Source: Eledone cirrhosa
Taxonomy: Eukaryota
Direction of reading: 5' to 3'
Assembly (NCBI GenBank): GCA_964016885.1
Contig: OZ024741.1
Location: forward strand, 261,454,001 to 261,518,000
DNA length: 64,000 bases
Part shown: positions 10,980 to 24,260 of the stretch, in pieces
How the letters are laid out: every line of letters starts with the position of its first letter
Numbering within the stretch: the stretch's first letter is position 1
The notes under the pieces: model-generated
Seen by the model: the letters and a program-made list of their open reading frames with translations, nothing else
The model's database searches: none
What the model was told of the DNA's origin: nothing
Position numbers and translations under genes: made by a program

Positions 10980-11710
10980 TATATAAACGTTTCTATTTCC
11001 ATCGTTTTATCGTAAACGTTTATATATTTCCATCGTTATATCATAACGTTTATATTTCCGTCACTAATCTCTTTTTCTCCTTTTCCGTTTTAACATATAT
11101 TTATTTCAAAGATTTCACCGTATAGATAACATATATATTTATACATGCATAAAAGACACACGGAGAGACGATGAAAATGTGGTGCCAAAAACATTTCTCA
11201 TCCAAATCTCAACAATATCCGTACATACACTATATTTGCTAGCAGAAAACCGCCCACCGGGTGGTTTTCTGCTATTCTATATATATAAAACTGAGGATGT
11301 CTGTCTGTGTGTGAGTTTGAATCCCTAAAACTCGAGAACCACCCAACCGACTGTTTTCAAACTTTACACATGTAATACGTATGTTTCAGGGAGTGTTCCG
11401 AGCAAAAAATATTTCAAATTTTCAATGGCGTAGGGACCACATTAGGCGATTTAGCGATCTCTCTCTATAATTCATAGTCTTTCTCTATTTAGATAGATAC
11501 ATACATATAACGTCGTGCCCTTATAATATCTGTCTGTATGTCTGGCTGTCTGCATTACGTCACTTCCCTGAGGATGTCTGTGTGTGTGTGTCTGTGAGTT
11601 TGAATCCCTAAAATGCGAGAAGTACCCAACCGATTTTTTTCAAACTTTACATGTATTACTTATGTTTCAGGGAGTGTTTGTTATGCACATAAAATTCAAC
11701 CTTTTGATCT
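10980..11710. repeat. Island B copy 3 (731 bp)
   Basis: Same junctions as copy 1. Confidence 0.95.
11230..11497 (-). mobile_element. Helitron-like element, 268 bp; 3' CTAG mutated
   Basis: Homologous to 1880-2147; the left flank here reads GTACATACA. Confidence 0.7.
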
Positions 11711-13596
11711 GGTGTTTTGACTTACGAGTGTTTCGATACGAGTGTTTCGACTTACGAGTGTTCTGACTTACGAGTGTTCTGACTTACGAGCGTTCTGACT
11801 TACGAGTGTTCCGACTTACGAGTGTTTCGGCTTACGAGTGTTTCGACTTACGAGTGTTCTGACTTACGAGTGTTTCGACTTACGAGCGTTCCGACTTACG
11901 AGTGTTTCGGCTTACGAGTGTTCCGACTTACGAGTGTTTCGACTAACGAGTGTTTCGGCTTACGAGTGTTTCGACTTACGAGTGTTCTGACTTACGAGTG
12001 TTCCGACTTACGAGCGTTCCGACTTACGAGTGTTTCGACTTACGAGTGTTAAGACTTACGGGTGTTTTGACATACGAGTGTTTCGATACGATTGTTTCGA
12101 CTTACGAGTGTTACGAGTGTTCTGACTTACGAGTGTTTCGACTTACGAGTGTTCTGACCTACGAGTGTTCTGACTTACGAGTGTTTCGACTTACGAGTGT
12201 TTTGACTTACGGGTGTTTCGACTTACGCGTGTTTCGACTTACGAGTGTTTCGAGTTACGAGTGTTTCGACTTACGAGTGTTTTGACTTACGAATGTTCTG
12301 ACTTACGGGCGTTTCGGCTTACGAGTGTTTCGACTTACGAGTGACTTTAACTTACGGGTGTTTCGACTTACACGTGTTTCGACTTGCGAGTGTTTCGACT
12401 TACGAGTGTTTCGACTACGAATATTCCGACTTACGAGTGTTTCGACTTACGAGTGTTCTGACTTACGAATGTTTCGACTTATGAGTGTTTCGACTTACGT
12501 TGTTTCGGCTTACGAGTGTTTCGACTTACGAGTGTTTTGACTTACGATTGTTTGGCGTACGAGTGTTCTGACTTACGGGTGTTCTGACTTACGAGTGTTC
12601 CGACTTACGAGTGTTTCGGCTGATGAGGGTTTCGACTTACGAGTGCTTCGGCTTACGAGTGTTTCGACTTACGAGTGTTTCGGCTTACGAGTGTTTCGAC
12701 TTACGAGTGTTTCGACTTACGAGTGTTTTGACTTACGGTGTTTCGGCTTACGAGTGTTTCGACATACGAGTGTTTTGACGTACGGGTGTTTCGACTTACG
12801 GGTCTTTCGACTTAAGAGTGTTTCGACTTACGAGCGCTTCGACTTACGAGTGTTTCGACTTACGAGTGTTTCGGCGTAAGAGTGTTTCGACTTACGAGTG
12901 TTTCGACTTACGAGTGTTTCGACTTACGAGTGTTTCGACTTACGAGTGTTTTGACTTACGAGTGTTTTGACTTACGAGTGTTTTGACTTACGGTGTTTCT
13001 GATTACGAGTGTTTCGACTTACGAGTGTTATGACTTACGGGTGTTTTGACATACGAGTGTTTCGATACGAGTGTTTCGACTTACGAGTGTTTTGACTTAC
13101 GGGTGTTTTGACATACGAGTGTTTCGATACGAGTGTTCTGACTTACGAGTGTTCTGACTTACGAGTGTTCTGACTTACGAGTGTTCTGACTTACGAGTGT
13201 TCTGACTTACGAGTGTTCCGACTTACGAGTGATCTGACTTACGAGTGTTCCTACTTGCGAGTGTTTCGACTTGCGAGTGTTTCGACTTACGAGTGTTTCG
13301 ACTTACGAGCGTTCTGACTTACGAGTGTTCTGACTTACGAGTGTTCTGACTTACGAGTGTTCCGACTTACGAGTGTTTCGACTTATGAGTGTTTTGACTT
13401 ACGAATGTTCTGACTTATGGGTGTTTCGCCTTACGAGTGTTTCGACTTACGAGTGTTTTAACTTACGGGTGTTTCGACTTACGCGTGTTTCGACTTACGA
13501 GTGTTTCGACTTACGAGTGTTTCGACTTACGAATGTTCCGACTTACGAGTGTTTCTACTTACGAGTGTTTCGGCTTACGAGTGTTTCGACTTACGA

Positions 13597-13673
13597 AAAT
13601 AACAAATAGACGCGGTTTCAAATATCTATGCTTTTCAAATTCATTACATTAATCTTTATTTATACGTTTCGCT
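13597..13673. repeat. Insert A copy 5
   Basis: Near-identical to 918-994. Confidence 0.95.
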
Positions 13674-13796
13674 TTACGAGTGTTTCGGCTCACGAGTGTT
13701 TCAGTGTTTCGGCTTACGTGTGTTTCGACTTACGAGTGTTTCGACTTACGAGTGTTTCGGCTTACGAGTGTTTCGGCTTACGAGTGTTTCGGCTTA

Positions 13797-14607
13797 TATA
13801 TAAACGTTTCTATTTCCATCGTTTTATCGTAAACGTTTATATATTTCCATCGTTATATCATAACGTTTATATTTCCGTCACTAATCTCTTTTTCTCCTTT
13901 TCCGTTTTAACATATATTTATTTCAAAGATTTCACCGTATAGATAACATATATATTTATACATGCATAAAAGACACACCGAGAGACGGTGAAAATGTGGT
14001 GCCAAAAACATTTCTCATCCAAATCTCAACAATATCCGTATATACACTAGATTTGCTAGCAGAAAACCGCCCACCGGGTGGTTTTCTGCTATTCTATATA
14101 TATAAAACTGAGGATGTCTGTCTGTGTGTGAGTTTGAATCCCTAAAACTCGAGAACCACCCAACCGACTGTTTTCAAACTTTACACATGTAATAATTATG
14201 TTTCAGGGAGTGTTCTGAGCAAAGAATATTTCAAATTTTCAATGCCGTAGGGACCACATTAGGCGATTTAGCGATCTCTCTCTATAATTCTTAGTCTTTC
14301 TCTTTTTAGATAGAATTTTCAATGTCGTAGGGACCACATTAGGCGATTTAGCGATCTCTCTCTATAATTCTTAGTCTTTCTCTTTTTAGATAGATACATA
14401 CATATAACGTCGTGGCCTTATAATATCTGTCTGTATGTCTGGCTGTCTGCATTACGTCACTTCCCTGAGGATGTCTGTGTGTGAGTGTCTGTGAGTTTGA
14501 ATCCCTAAAATGCGAGAAGTACCCAACCGATTTTTTTCAAACTTTACATGTATTACTTATGTTTCAGGGAGTGTTTGTTATGCACATAAAATTCAACCTT
14601 TTGATCT
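13797..14607. repeat. Island B copy 4 (811 bp, long form)
   Basis: 80-bp duplication within 14235-14394. Confidence 0.95.
14047..14394 (-). mobile_element. Helitron-like element, 348-bp form, CTAG intact
   Basis: Homologous to 1880-2147. Confidence 0.72.
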
Positions 14608-16214
14608 GGTGTTTTGACTTACGAGTGTTTCGATACGAGTGTTTCGACTTACGAGTGTTCTGACTTACGAGTGTTCTGACTTACGAGCGTTCTGACTTAC
14701 GAGTGTTCCGACTTACGAGTGTTTCGGCTTACGAGTGTTTCGACTTACGAGTGTTCTGACTTACGAGTGTTTCGACTTACGAGCGTTCCGACTTACGAGT
14801 GTTTCGGCTTACGAGTGTTCCGACTTACGAGTGTTTCGACTAACGAGTGTTTCGGCTTACGAGTGTTTCGACTTACGAGTGTTCTGACTTACGAGTGTTT
14901 CGGCTTACGATTGTTTTGACTTACGATTGTTTTGGCTTACGAATGTTTCGACTTACGAATGTTTCGACTTACGAGTGTTTCGAATTACGAGTGTTTCGAC
15001 TTACGAGTGTTTTGACTTCCGAATGTTTTGATTTACTTCGACTTACGAGTGATCTGACTTACGAGTGTTCCTACTTACGAGTGTTTCGACTTACGAGTGT
15101 TTCGACTTGCGAGTGTTTCGACTTACGAGTGTTTCGGCTTACGAGTGTTTCGGTGTTTCGGCTTACGTGTGTTTCGACTTACGAGTGTTTCGACTTACGA
15201 GTGTTTCGGCTTATGAGTGTTTTGACTTACGAGTGCTTCGGCTTACGAGTGTTTCGAGTTACGAGTGTTTTGACTTACGGTGTTTCGGCTTAAGAGTGTT
15301 TTGACTTACCAGTGTTTTGACTTACGGGTGTTTTGACATACGAGTGTTTCGATACGAGTGTTCTGACTTACGAGTGTTCTGACTTACGAGTGTTCTCACT
15401 TACGAGTGTTCTGACTTACGAGTGGTATGAATTACGGGTGTTCTGACTTACGAGTGTTCCGACTTACGAGTGTTTCAGCTTATGAGTGTTTCGACTTATG
15501 AGTGCTTCGGTTTACGAGTGTTTCGACTTACGAGTGTTTCGGCTTACGAGTGTTTCGACTTACGAATGTTTTGGCTTACGGGTGTTTCGGCTTACGAGTG
15601 TTTCGGCTTATGAGTGTTTCGACTTACGAGTGTTTTGACTTATGGTGTTTCGGCTTACGAGTGTTTCGACATACGAGTGTTTTGACTTACGGGTGTTTCG
15701 ACTTACGAGTGTTTCGACGTAAGAGTGTTTCGACTTACGAGCGCTTCGACTTACGAGTGTTTCGACTTACGAGTGTTTCGGCGTACGAGTGTTTTGACTT
15801 ACGAATGTTTTGAATTACTTCGACTTACGAGTGATCTGACTTACGAGTGTTCCTACTTACGAGTGTTTCGACTTACGAGTGTTTCGACTTGCGAGTGTTT
15901 CGACTTACGAGTGTTTCGAGTTACGAGTGTTCTGACTTACGAGTGTTCTGACTTACGAGTGTTCTGACTTACGAGTGTTCCGACTTACGAGTGTTTCGAC
16001 TTACGAGTGTTTTGACTTATGAATGTTCTGACTTACGGGTGTTTCGCCTTACGAGTGTTTCGACTTACGAGTGTTTTAACTTACGGGTGTTTCGACTTAC
16101 GCGTGTTTCGACTTACGAGTGTTTCGACTTACGAGTGTTTCGACTTACGAATGTTCCGACTTACGAGTGTTTCTACTTACGAGTGTTTCGGCTTACGAAT
16201 GTTTCGACTTACGA

Positions 16215-16291
16215 AAATAACAAATAGACGCGGTTTCAAATATCTATGCTTTTCAAATTCATTACATTAATCTTTATTAATACGTTTCGCT
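16215..16291. repeat. Insert A copy 6 (orphan)
   Basis: TTATTAATAC allele. Confidence 0.95.
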
Positions 16292-16954
16292 TTACGAGTG
16301 TTTCGGCGTACGAGTGTTTCGACTTACGAGTGTTTTAACTTACGGTTGTTTCGACTTACGCGTGTTTCGACTACGAATGTTCCGACTTACGGGTGTTTCA
16401 ACTTACGAGTGTTTCGACTTACGAGTGCTTTGACTTACGAATGTTTTGACTTACTTCGACTTACGAGTGATCTGACTTACGAGTGTTCCTACTTACGAGT
16501 GTTTCGACTTACGAGTGTTTAGGCTTACGAGTGTTTCGGTGTTTCGGCTTACGTGTGTTTCGACTTACGAGTGTTTCGACTTACGAGTGTTTCGGCTTAT
16601 GAGTGTTTCGACTTACGAGTGCTTCGGCTTACGAGTGTTTCGACTTACGAGTGTTTCGGCTTACGAGTGTTTCGACGTACGAATGTTTTGGCTTACGAGT
16701 GTTTCGGCTTATGAGTGTTTCGACTTACGAGTGTTTCGACTTACGAGTGTTTCGGCGTATGAGTGTTTCGACTTACGAGTGTTTCGACTTACGAGTGTTT
16801 CGACTTACGAGTGTTTTGACTTACGAGTGTTTCGACTTACGCGTGTTTCGACTTACGAGTGTTTCGACTTACGAGTGTTTCGACTTACGAATGTTCCGAC
16901 TTACGAGTGTTTCTACTTACGAGTGTTTCGGCTTACGAGTGTTTCGACTTACGA

Positions 16955-17031
16955 AAAGAACAAATAGACGCGGTTTCAAATATCTATGCTTTTCAAATTC
17001 ATTACATTAATCTTTATTTATACGTTTAGCT
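16955..17031. repeat. Insert A copy 7
   Basis: AAAGAAC allele. Confidence 0.95.
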
Positions 17032-17605
17032 TTACGAGTGTTTCGGCGTACGAGTGTTTCGACTTACGAGTGTTTCGACTTACGAGTGCTTTGACTTACG
17101 AATGTTTTGACTTACTTCGACTTACGAGTGATCTGACTTACGAGTGTTCCTACTTACGAGTGTTTCGACTTACGAGTGTTTCGGCTTACGAGTGTTTCGG
17201 TGTTTCGGCTTACGTGTGTTTCGACTTACGAGTGTTTCGACTTACGAGTGTTTTCGGCTTATGAGTGTTTCGACTTACGAGTGCTTCGGCTTACGAGTGT
17301 TTCGACTTACGAGTGTTTCGGCTTACGAGTGTTTCGGCTTATGAGTGTTTCGACTTACGAGTGCTTCGGCTTACGAGTGTTTCGAATTACGAGTGTTTCG
17401 GCTTACGAGTGTTTCGACGTACGAATGTTTTGGCTTACGAGTGTTTCGGCTTATGAGTGTTTCGACTTACGAGTGTTTCGACTTACGAGTGTTTCGGCTT
17501 ACGAGTGTTTCAGTGTTTCGGCTTACGTGTGTTTCGACTTACGAGTGTTTCGACTTACGAGTGTTTCGGCTTACGAGTGTTTCGGCTTACGAGTGTTTCG
17601 GCTTA

Positions 17606-18342
17606 TATATAAACGTTTCTATTTCCATCGTTTTATCGTAAACGTTTATATATTTCCATCGTTATATCATAACGTTTAAATTTCCGTCACTAATCTCTTT
17701 TTCTCCTTTTCCGTTTTAACATATATTTATTTCAAAGATTTCACCGTATAGATAACATATATATTTATACATGCATAAAAGACACACCGAGAGACGGTGA
17801 AAATGTGGTGCCAAAAACATTTCTCATCCAAATCTCAACAATATCAGTATATACACTATATTTGCTAGCAGAAAACCGCCCACCGGGTGGTTTTCTGCTA
17901 TTCTATATATATAAAACTGAGGATGTCTGTCTGTGTGTGAGTTTGAATCCCTAAAACTCGAGAACCACCCAACCGACTGTTTTCAAACTTTACACATGTA
18001 ATACTTATGTTTCAGGGAGTGTTCCGAGCAAAAAATATTTCAAATTTTCAATGGCGTAGGGACCACATTAGGCGATTTAGCGATCTCTCTCTATAATTCA
18101 TAGTCTTTCTCTATTTAGATAGATACATACATATAACGTCGTGCCCTTATAATATCTGTCTGTATGTCTGGCTGTCTGCATTACGTCACTTCCCTGAGGA
18201 TGTCTGTGTGTGTGTGTGTGTGTCTGTGAGTTTGAATCCCTAAAATGCGAGAAGTACCCAACCGATTTTTTTCAAACTTTACATGTATTACTTATGTTTC
18301 AGGGAGTGTTTGTTATGCACATAAAATTCAACCTTTTGATCT
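17606..18342. repeat. Island B copy 5 (737 bp)
   Basis: Same junctions as copy 1. Confidence 0.95.
17856..18123 (-). mobile_element. Helitron-like element, 268 bp; 3' CTAG mutated
   Basis: Homologous to 1880-2147. Confidence 0.7.
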
Positions 18343-19539
18343 GGTGTTTTGACTTACGAGTGTTTCGATACGAGTGTTTCGACTTACGAGTGTTCTGACT
18401 TACGAGTGTTCTGACTTACGAGCGTTCTGACTTACGAGTGTTCCTACTTACGAGTGTTTCGACTTACGAGTGTTTCGACTTGCGAGTGTTTCGACTTACG
18501 AGTGTTTCGGCTTACGAGTGTTTCGGTGTTTCGGCTTACGTGTGTTTCGACTTACGAGTGTTTCGACTTACGAGTGTTTCGGCTTATGAGTGTTTTGACT
18601 TACGAGTGCTTCGGCTTACGAGTGTTTCGACTTACGAGTGTTTTGACTTACGGTTTTTCGGCTTAAGAGTGTTTTAACTTACGAGTGTTTTGACTTACGG
18701 GTGTTTTGACATAGGAGTGTTTCGATACGAGTGTTCTGACTTACGAGTGTTCTGACTTACGAGTGTTCTGACTTACGAGTGTTCTGACTTACGAGTGGTA
18801 TGAATTACGGGTGTTCTGACTTACGAGTGTTCCGACTTACGAGTGTTTCAGCTTATGAGTGTTTCGACTTATGAGTGCTTCGGCTTACGAGTGTTTCGAC
18901 TTACGAATGTTTTGTCTTACGGGTGTTTCGGCTTACGAGTGTTTCGGCTTATGAGTGTTTCGACTTACGAGTGTTTTGACTTATGGTGTTTCGGCTTACG
19001 AGTGTTTCGACATACGAGTGTTTTGACTTACGGGTGTTTCGACTTACGAGTGTTTCGACGTAAGAGTGTTTCGACTTACGAGCGCTTCGACTTACGAGTG
19101 TTTCGACTTACGAGTGTTTCGGCGTACGAGTGTTTTGACTTACGAATGTTTTGAATTACTTCGACTTACGAGTGATCTGACTTACGAGTGTTCCTACTTA
19201 CGAGTGTTTCGACTTACGAGTGTTTCGACTTGCGAGTGTTTCGACTTACGAGTGTTTCGAGTTACGAGTGTTCTGACTTACGAGTGTTCTGACTTACGAG
19301 TGTTCTGACTTACGAGTGTTCCGACTTACGAGTGTTTCGACTTACGAGTGTTTTGACTTATGAATGTTCTGACTTACGGGGGTTTCGCCTTACGAGTGTT
19401 TCGACTTACGAGTGTTTTAACTGACGGGTGTTTCGACTTACGAGTGTTTCGACTTACGAGTGTTTCGACTTACGAATGTTCCGACTTACGAGTGTTTCTA
19501 CTTACGAGTGTTTCGGCTTACGAATGTTTCGACTTACGA

Positions 19540-19616
19540 AAATAACAAATAGACGCGGTTTCAAATATCTATGCTTTTCAAATTCATTACATTAATCTTT
19601 ATTAATACGTTTCGCT
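19540..19616. repeat. Insert A copy 8 (orphan)
   Basis: 3325 bp downstream of copy 6, same allele. Confidence 0.95.
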
Positions 19617-20279
19617 TTACGAGTGTTTCGGCGTACGAGTGTTTCGACTTACGAGTGTTTTAACTTACGGTTGTTTCGACTTACGCGTGTTTCGACTACG
19701 AATGTTCCGACTTACGGGTGTTTCAACTTACGAGTGTTTCGACTTACGAGTGCTTTGAGTTACGAATGTTTTGACTTACTTCGACTTACGAGTGATCTGA
19801 CTTACGAGTGTTCCTACTTACGAGTGTTTCGACTTACGAGTGTTTAGGCTTACGAGTGTTTCGGTGTTTCGGCTTACATGTGTTTCGACTTACGAGTGTT
19901 TCGACTTACGAGTGTTTCGGCTTATGAGTGTTTCGACTTACGAGTGCTTCGGCTTACGAGTGTTTCGACTTACGAGTGTTTCGGCTTACGAGTGTTTCGA
20001 CGTACGAATGTTTTGGCTTACGAGTGTTTCGGCTTATGAGTGTTTCGACTTACGAGTGTTTCGACTTACGAGTGTTTCGGCGTATGAGTGTTTCGACTTA
20101 CGAGTGTTTCGACTTACGAGTGTTTCGACTTACGAGTGTTTTGACTTACGAGTGTTTCGACTTACGCGTGTTTCGACTTACGAGTGTTTCGACTTACGAG
20201 TGTTTCGACTTACGAATGTTCCGACTTACGAGTGTTTCTACTTACGAGTGTTTCGGCTTACGAGTGTTTCGACTTACGA

Positions 20280-20356
20280 AAAGAACAAATAGACGCGGTT
20301 TCAAATATCTATGCTTTTCAAATTCATTACATTAATCTTTATTTATACGTTTAGCT
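20280..20356. repeat. Insert A copy 9
   Basis: 3325 bp downstream of copy 7, same allele. Confidence 0.95.
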
Positions 20357-20930
20357 TTACGAGTGTTTCGGCGTACGAGTGTTTCGACTTACGAGTGTTT
20401 CGACTTACGAGTGCTTTGACTTACGAATGTTTTGACTTACTTCGACTTACGAGTGATCTGACTTACGAGTGTTCCTACTTACGAGTGTTTCGACTTACGA
20501 GTGTTTCGGCTTACGAGTGTTTCGGTGTTTCGGCTTACGTGTGTTTCGACTTACGAGTGTTTCGACTTACGAGTGTTTTCGGCTTATGAGTGTTTCGACT
20601 TACGAGTGCTTCGGCTTACGAGTGTTTCGACTTACGAGTGTTTCGGCTTACGAGTGTTTCGGCTTATGAGTGTTTCGACTTACGAGTGCTTCGGCTTACG
20701 AGTGTTTCGAATTACGAGTGTTTCGGCTTACGAGTGTTTCGACGTACGAATGTTTTGGCTTACGAGTGTTTCGGCTTATGAGTGTTTCGACTTACGAGTG
20801 TTTCGACTTACGAGTGTTTCGGCTTACGAGTGTTTCAGTGTTTCGGCTTACGTGTGTTTCGACTTACGAGTGTTTCGACTTACGAGTGTTTCGGCTTACG
20901 AGTGTTTCGGCTTACGAGTGTTTCGGCTTA

Positions 20931-21667
20931 TATATAAACGTTTCTATTTCCATCGTTTTATCGTAAACGTTTATATATTTCCATCGTTATATCATAACGT
21001 TTATATTTCCGTCACTAATCTCTTTTTCTCCTTTTCCGTTTTAACATATATTTATTTCAAAGATTTCACCGTATAGATAACATATATATTTATACATGCA
21101 TAAAAGACACACCGAGAGACGGTGAAAATGTGGTGCCAAAAACATTTCTCATCCAAATCTCAACAATATCAGTATATACACTATATTTGCTAGCAGAAAA
21201 CCGCCCACCGGGTGGTTTTCTGCTATTCTATATATATAAAACTGAGGATGTCTGTCTGTGTGTGAGTTTGAATCCCTAAAACTCGAGAACCACCCAACCG
21301 ACTGTTTTCAAACTTTACACATGTAATACTTATGTTTCAGGGAGTGTTCCGAGCAAAAAATATTTCAAATTTTCAATGGCGTAGGGACCACATTAGGCGA
21401 TTTAGCGATCTCTCTCTATAATTCATAGTCTTTCTCTATTTAGATAGATACATACATATAACGTCGTGCCCTTATAATATCTGTCTGTATGTCTGGCTGT
21501 CTGCATTACGTCACTTCCCTGAGGATGTCTGTGTGTGTGTGTGTGTGTCTGTGAGTTTGAATCCCTAAAATGCGAGAAGTACCCAACCGATTTTTTTCAA
21601 ACTTTACATGTATTACTTATGTTTCAGGGAGTGTTTGTTATGCACATAAAATTCAACCTTTTGATCT
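20931..21667. repeat. Island B copy 6 (737 bp)
   Basis: Nearly identical to copy 5, offset 3325. Confidence 0.95.
21181..21448 (-). mobile_element. Helitron-like element, 268 bp; 3' CTAG mutated
   Basis: Homologous to 1880-2147. Confidence 0.7.
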
Positions 21668-22880
21668 GGTGTTTTGACTTACGAGTGTTTCGATACGAGT
21701 GTTTCGACTTACGAGTGTTCTGACTTACGAGTGTTCTGACTTACGAGCGTTCTGACTTACGAGTGTTCCTACTTACGAGTGTTTCGACTTACGAGTGTTT
21801 CGACTTGCGAGTGTTTCGACTTACGAGTGTTTCGGCTTACGAGTGTTTCGGTGTTTCGGCTTACGTGTGTTTCGACTTACGAGTGTTTCGACTTACGAGT
21901 GTTTCGGCTTATGAGTGTTTTGACTTACGAGTGCTTCGGCTTACGAGTGTTTCGACTTACGAGTGTTTTGACTTACGGTTTTTCGGCTTAAGAGTGTTTT
22001 AACTTACGAGTGTTTTGACTTACGGGTGTTTTGACATAGGAGTGTTTCGATACGAGTGTTCTGACTTACGAGTGTTCTGACTTACGAGTGTTCTGACTTA
22101 CGAGTGTTCTGACTTACGAGTGGTATGAATTACGGGTGTTCTGACTTACGAGTGTTCCGACTTACGAGTGTTTCAGCTTATGAGTGTTTCGACTTATGAG
22201 TGCTTCGGCTTACGAGTGTTTCGACTTACGAATGTTTTGTCTTACGGGTGTTTCGGCTTACGAGTGTTTCGGCTTATGAGTGTTTCGACTTACGAGTGTT
22301 TTGACTTATGGTGTTTCGGCTTACGAGTGTTTCGACATACGAGTGTTTTGACTTACGGGTGTTTCGACTTACGAGTGTTTCGACGTAAGAGTGTTTCGAC
22401 TTACGAGCGCTTCGACTTACGAGTGTTTCGACTTACGAGTGTTTCGGCGTACGAGTGTTTTGACTTACGAATGTTTTGAATTACTTCGACTTACGAGTGA
22501 TCTGACTTACGAGTGTTCCTACTTACGAGTGTTTCGACTTACGAGTGTTTCGACTTGCGAGTGTTTCGACTTACGAGTGTTTCGAGTTACGAGTGTTCTG
22601 ACTTACGAGTGTTCTGACTTACGAGTGTTCTGACTTACGAGTGTTCCGACTTACGAGTGTTTCGACTTACGAGTGTTTTGACTTATGAATGTTCTGACTT
22701 ACGGGTGTTTCGCCTTACGAGTGTTTCGACTTACGAGTGTTTTAACTTACGGGTGTTTCGACTTACGCGTGTTTCGACTTACGAGTGTTTCGACTTACGA
22801 GTGTTTCGACTTACGAATGTTCCGACTTACGAGTGTTTCTACTTACGAGTGTTTCGGCTTACGAATGTTTCGACTTACGA

Positions 22881-22957
22881 AAATAACAAATAGACGCGGT
22901 TTCAAATATCTATGCTTTTCAAATTCATTACATTAATCTTTATTAATACGTTTCGCT
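22881..22957. repeat. Insert A copy 10
   Basis: TTATTAATAC allele. Confidence 0.95.
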
Positions 22958-23529
22958 TTACGAGTGTTTCGGCGTACGAGTGTTTCGACTTACGAGTGTT
23001 TTAACTTACGGTTGTTTCGACTTACGCGTGTTTCGACTACGAATGTTCCGACTTACGAGTGTTTCAACTTACGAGTGTTTCGACTTACGAGTGCTTTGAC
23101 TTACGAATGTTTTGACTTACTTCGACTTACGAGTGATCTGACTTACGAGTGTTCCTACTTACGAGTGTTTCGACTTACGAGTGTTTAGGCTTACGAGTGT
23201 TTCGGTGTTTCGGCTTACGTGTGTTTTGACTTACGAGTGTTTCGACTTACGAGTGTTTCGGCTTATGAGTGTTTCGACTTACGAGTGCTTCGGCTTACGA
23301 GTGTTTCGACTTACGAGTGTTTCGGCTTACGAGTGTTTCGACGTACGAATGTTTTGGCTTACGAGTGTTTCGGCTTATGAGTGTTTCGACTTACGAGTGT
23401 TTCGACTTACGAGTGTTTCGGCTTACGAGTGTTTCAGTGTTTCGGCTTACGTGTGTTTCGACTTACGAGTGTTTCGACTTACGAGTGTTTCGGCTTACGA
23501 GTGTTTCGGCTTACGAGTGTTTCGGCTTA

Positions 23530-24260
23530 TATATAAACGTTTCTATTTCCATCGTTTTATCGTAAACGTTTATATATTTCCATCGTTATATCATAACGTT
23601 TATATTTCCGTCACTAATCTCTTTTTCTCCTTTTCCGTTTTAACATATATTTATTTCAAAGATTTCACCGTATAGATAACATATATATTTATACATGCAT
23701 AAAAGACACACCGAGAGACGGTGAAAATGTGGTGCCAAAAACATTTCTCATCCAAATCTCAACAATATCAGTATATACACTAGATTTGCTAGCAGAAAAC
23801 CGCCCACCGGGTGGTTTTCTGCTAATCTATATATATAAAACTGAGGATGTCTGTCTGTGTGTGAGTTTGAATCCCTAAAACTCGAGAACCACCCAACCGA
23901 CTGTTTTCAAACTTTACACATGTAATACGTATGTTTCAGGGAGTGTTCCGAGCAAAAAATATTTCAAATTTTCAATGGCGAAGGGACCACATTAGGCGAT
24001 TTAGCGATCTCTCTCTATAATTCATAGTCTTTCTCTATTTAGATAGATACATACATATAACGTCGTGCCCTTATAATATCTGTCTGTATGTCTGGCTGTC
24101 TGCATTACGTCACTTCCCTGAGGATGTCTGTGTGTGTGTGTCTGTGAGTTTGAATCCCTAAAATGCGAGAAGTACCCAACCGATTTTTTTCAAACTTTAC
24201 ATGTATTACTTATGTTTCAGGGAGTGTTTGTTATGCACATAAAATTCAACCTTTTGATCT
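23530..24260. repeat. Island B copy 7 (731 bp)
   Basis: Same junctions as copy 1. Confidence 0.95.
23780..24047 (-). mobile_element. Helitron-like element, 268 bp, CTAG intact
   Basis: Homologous to 1880-2147. Confidence 0.72.
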
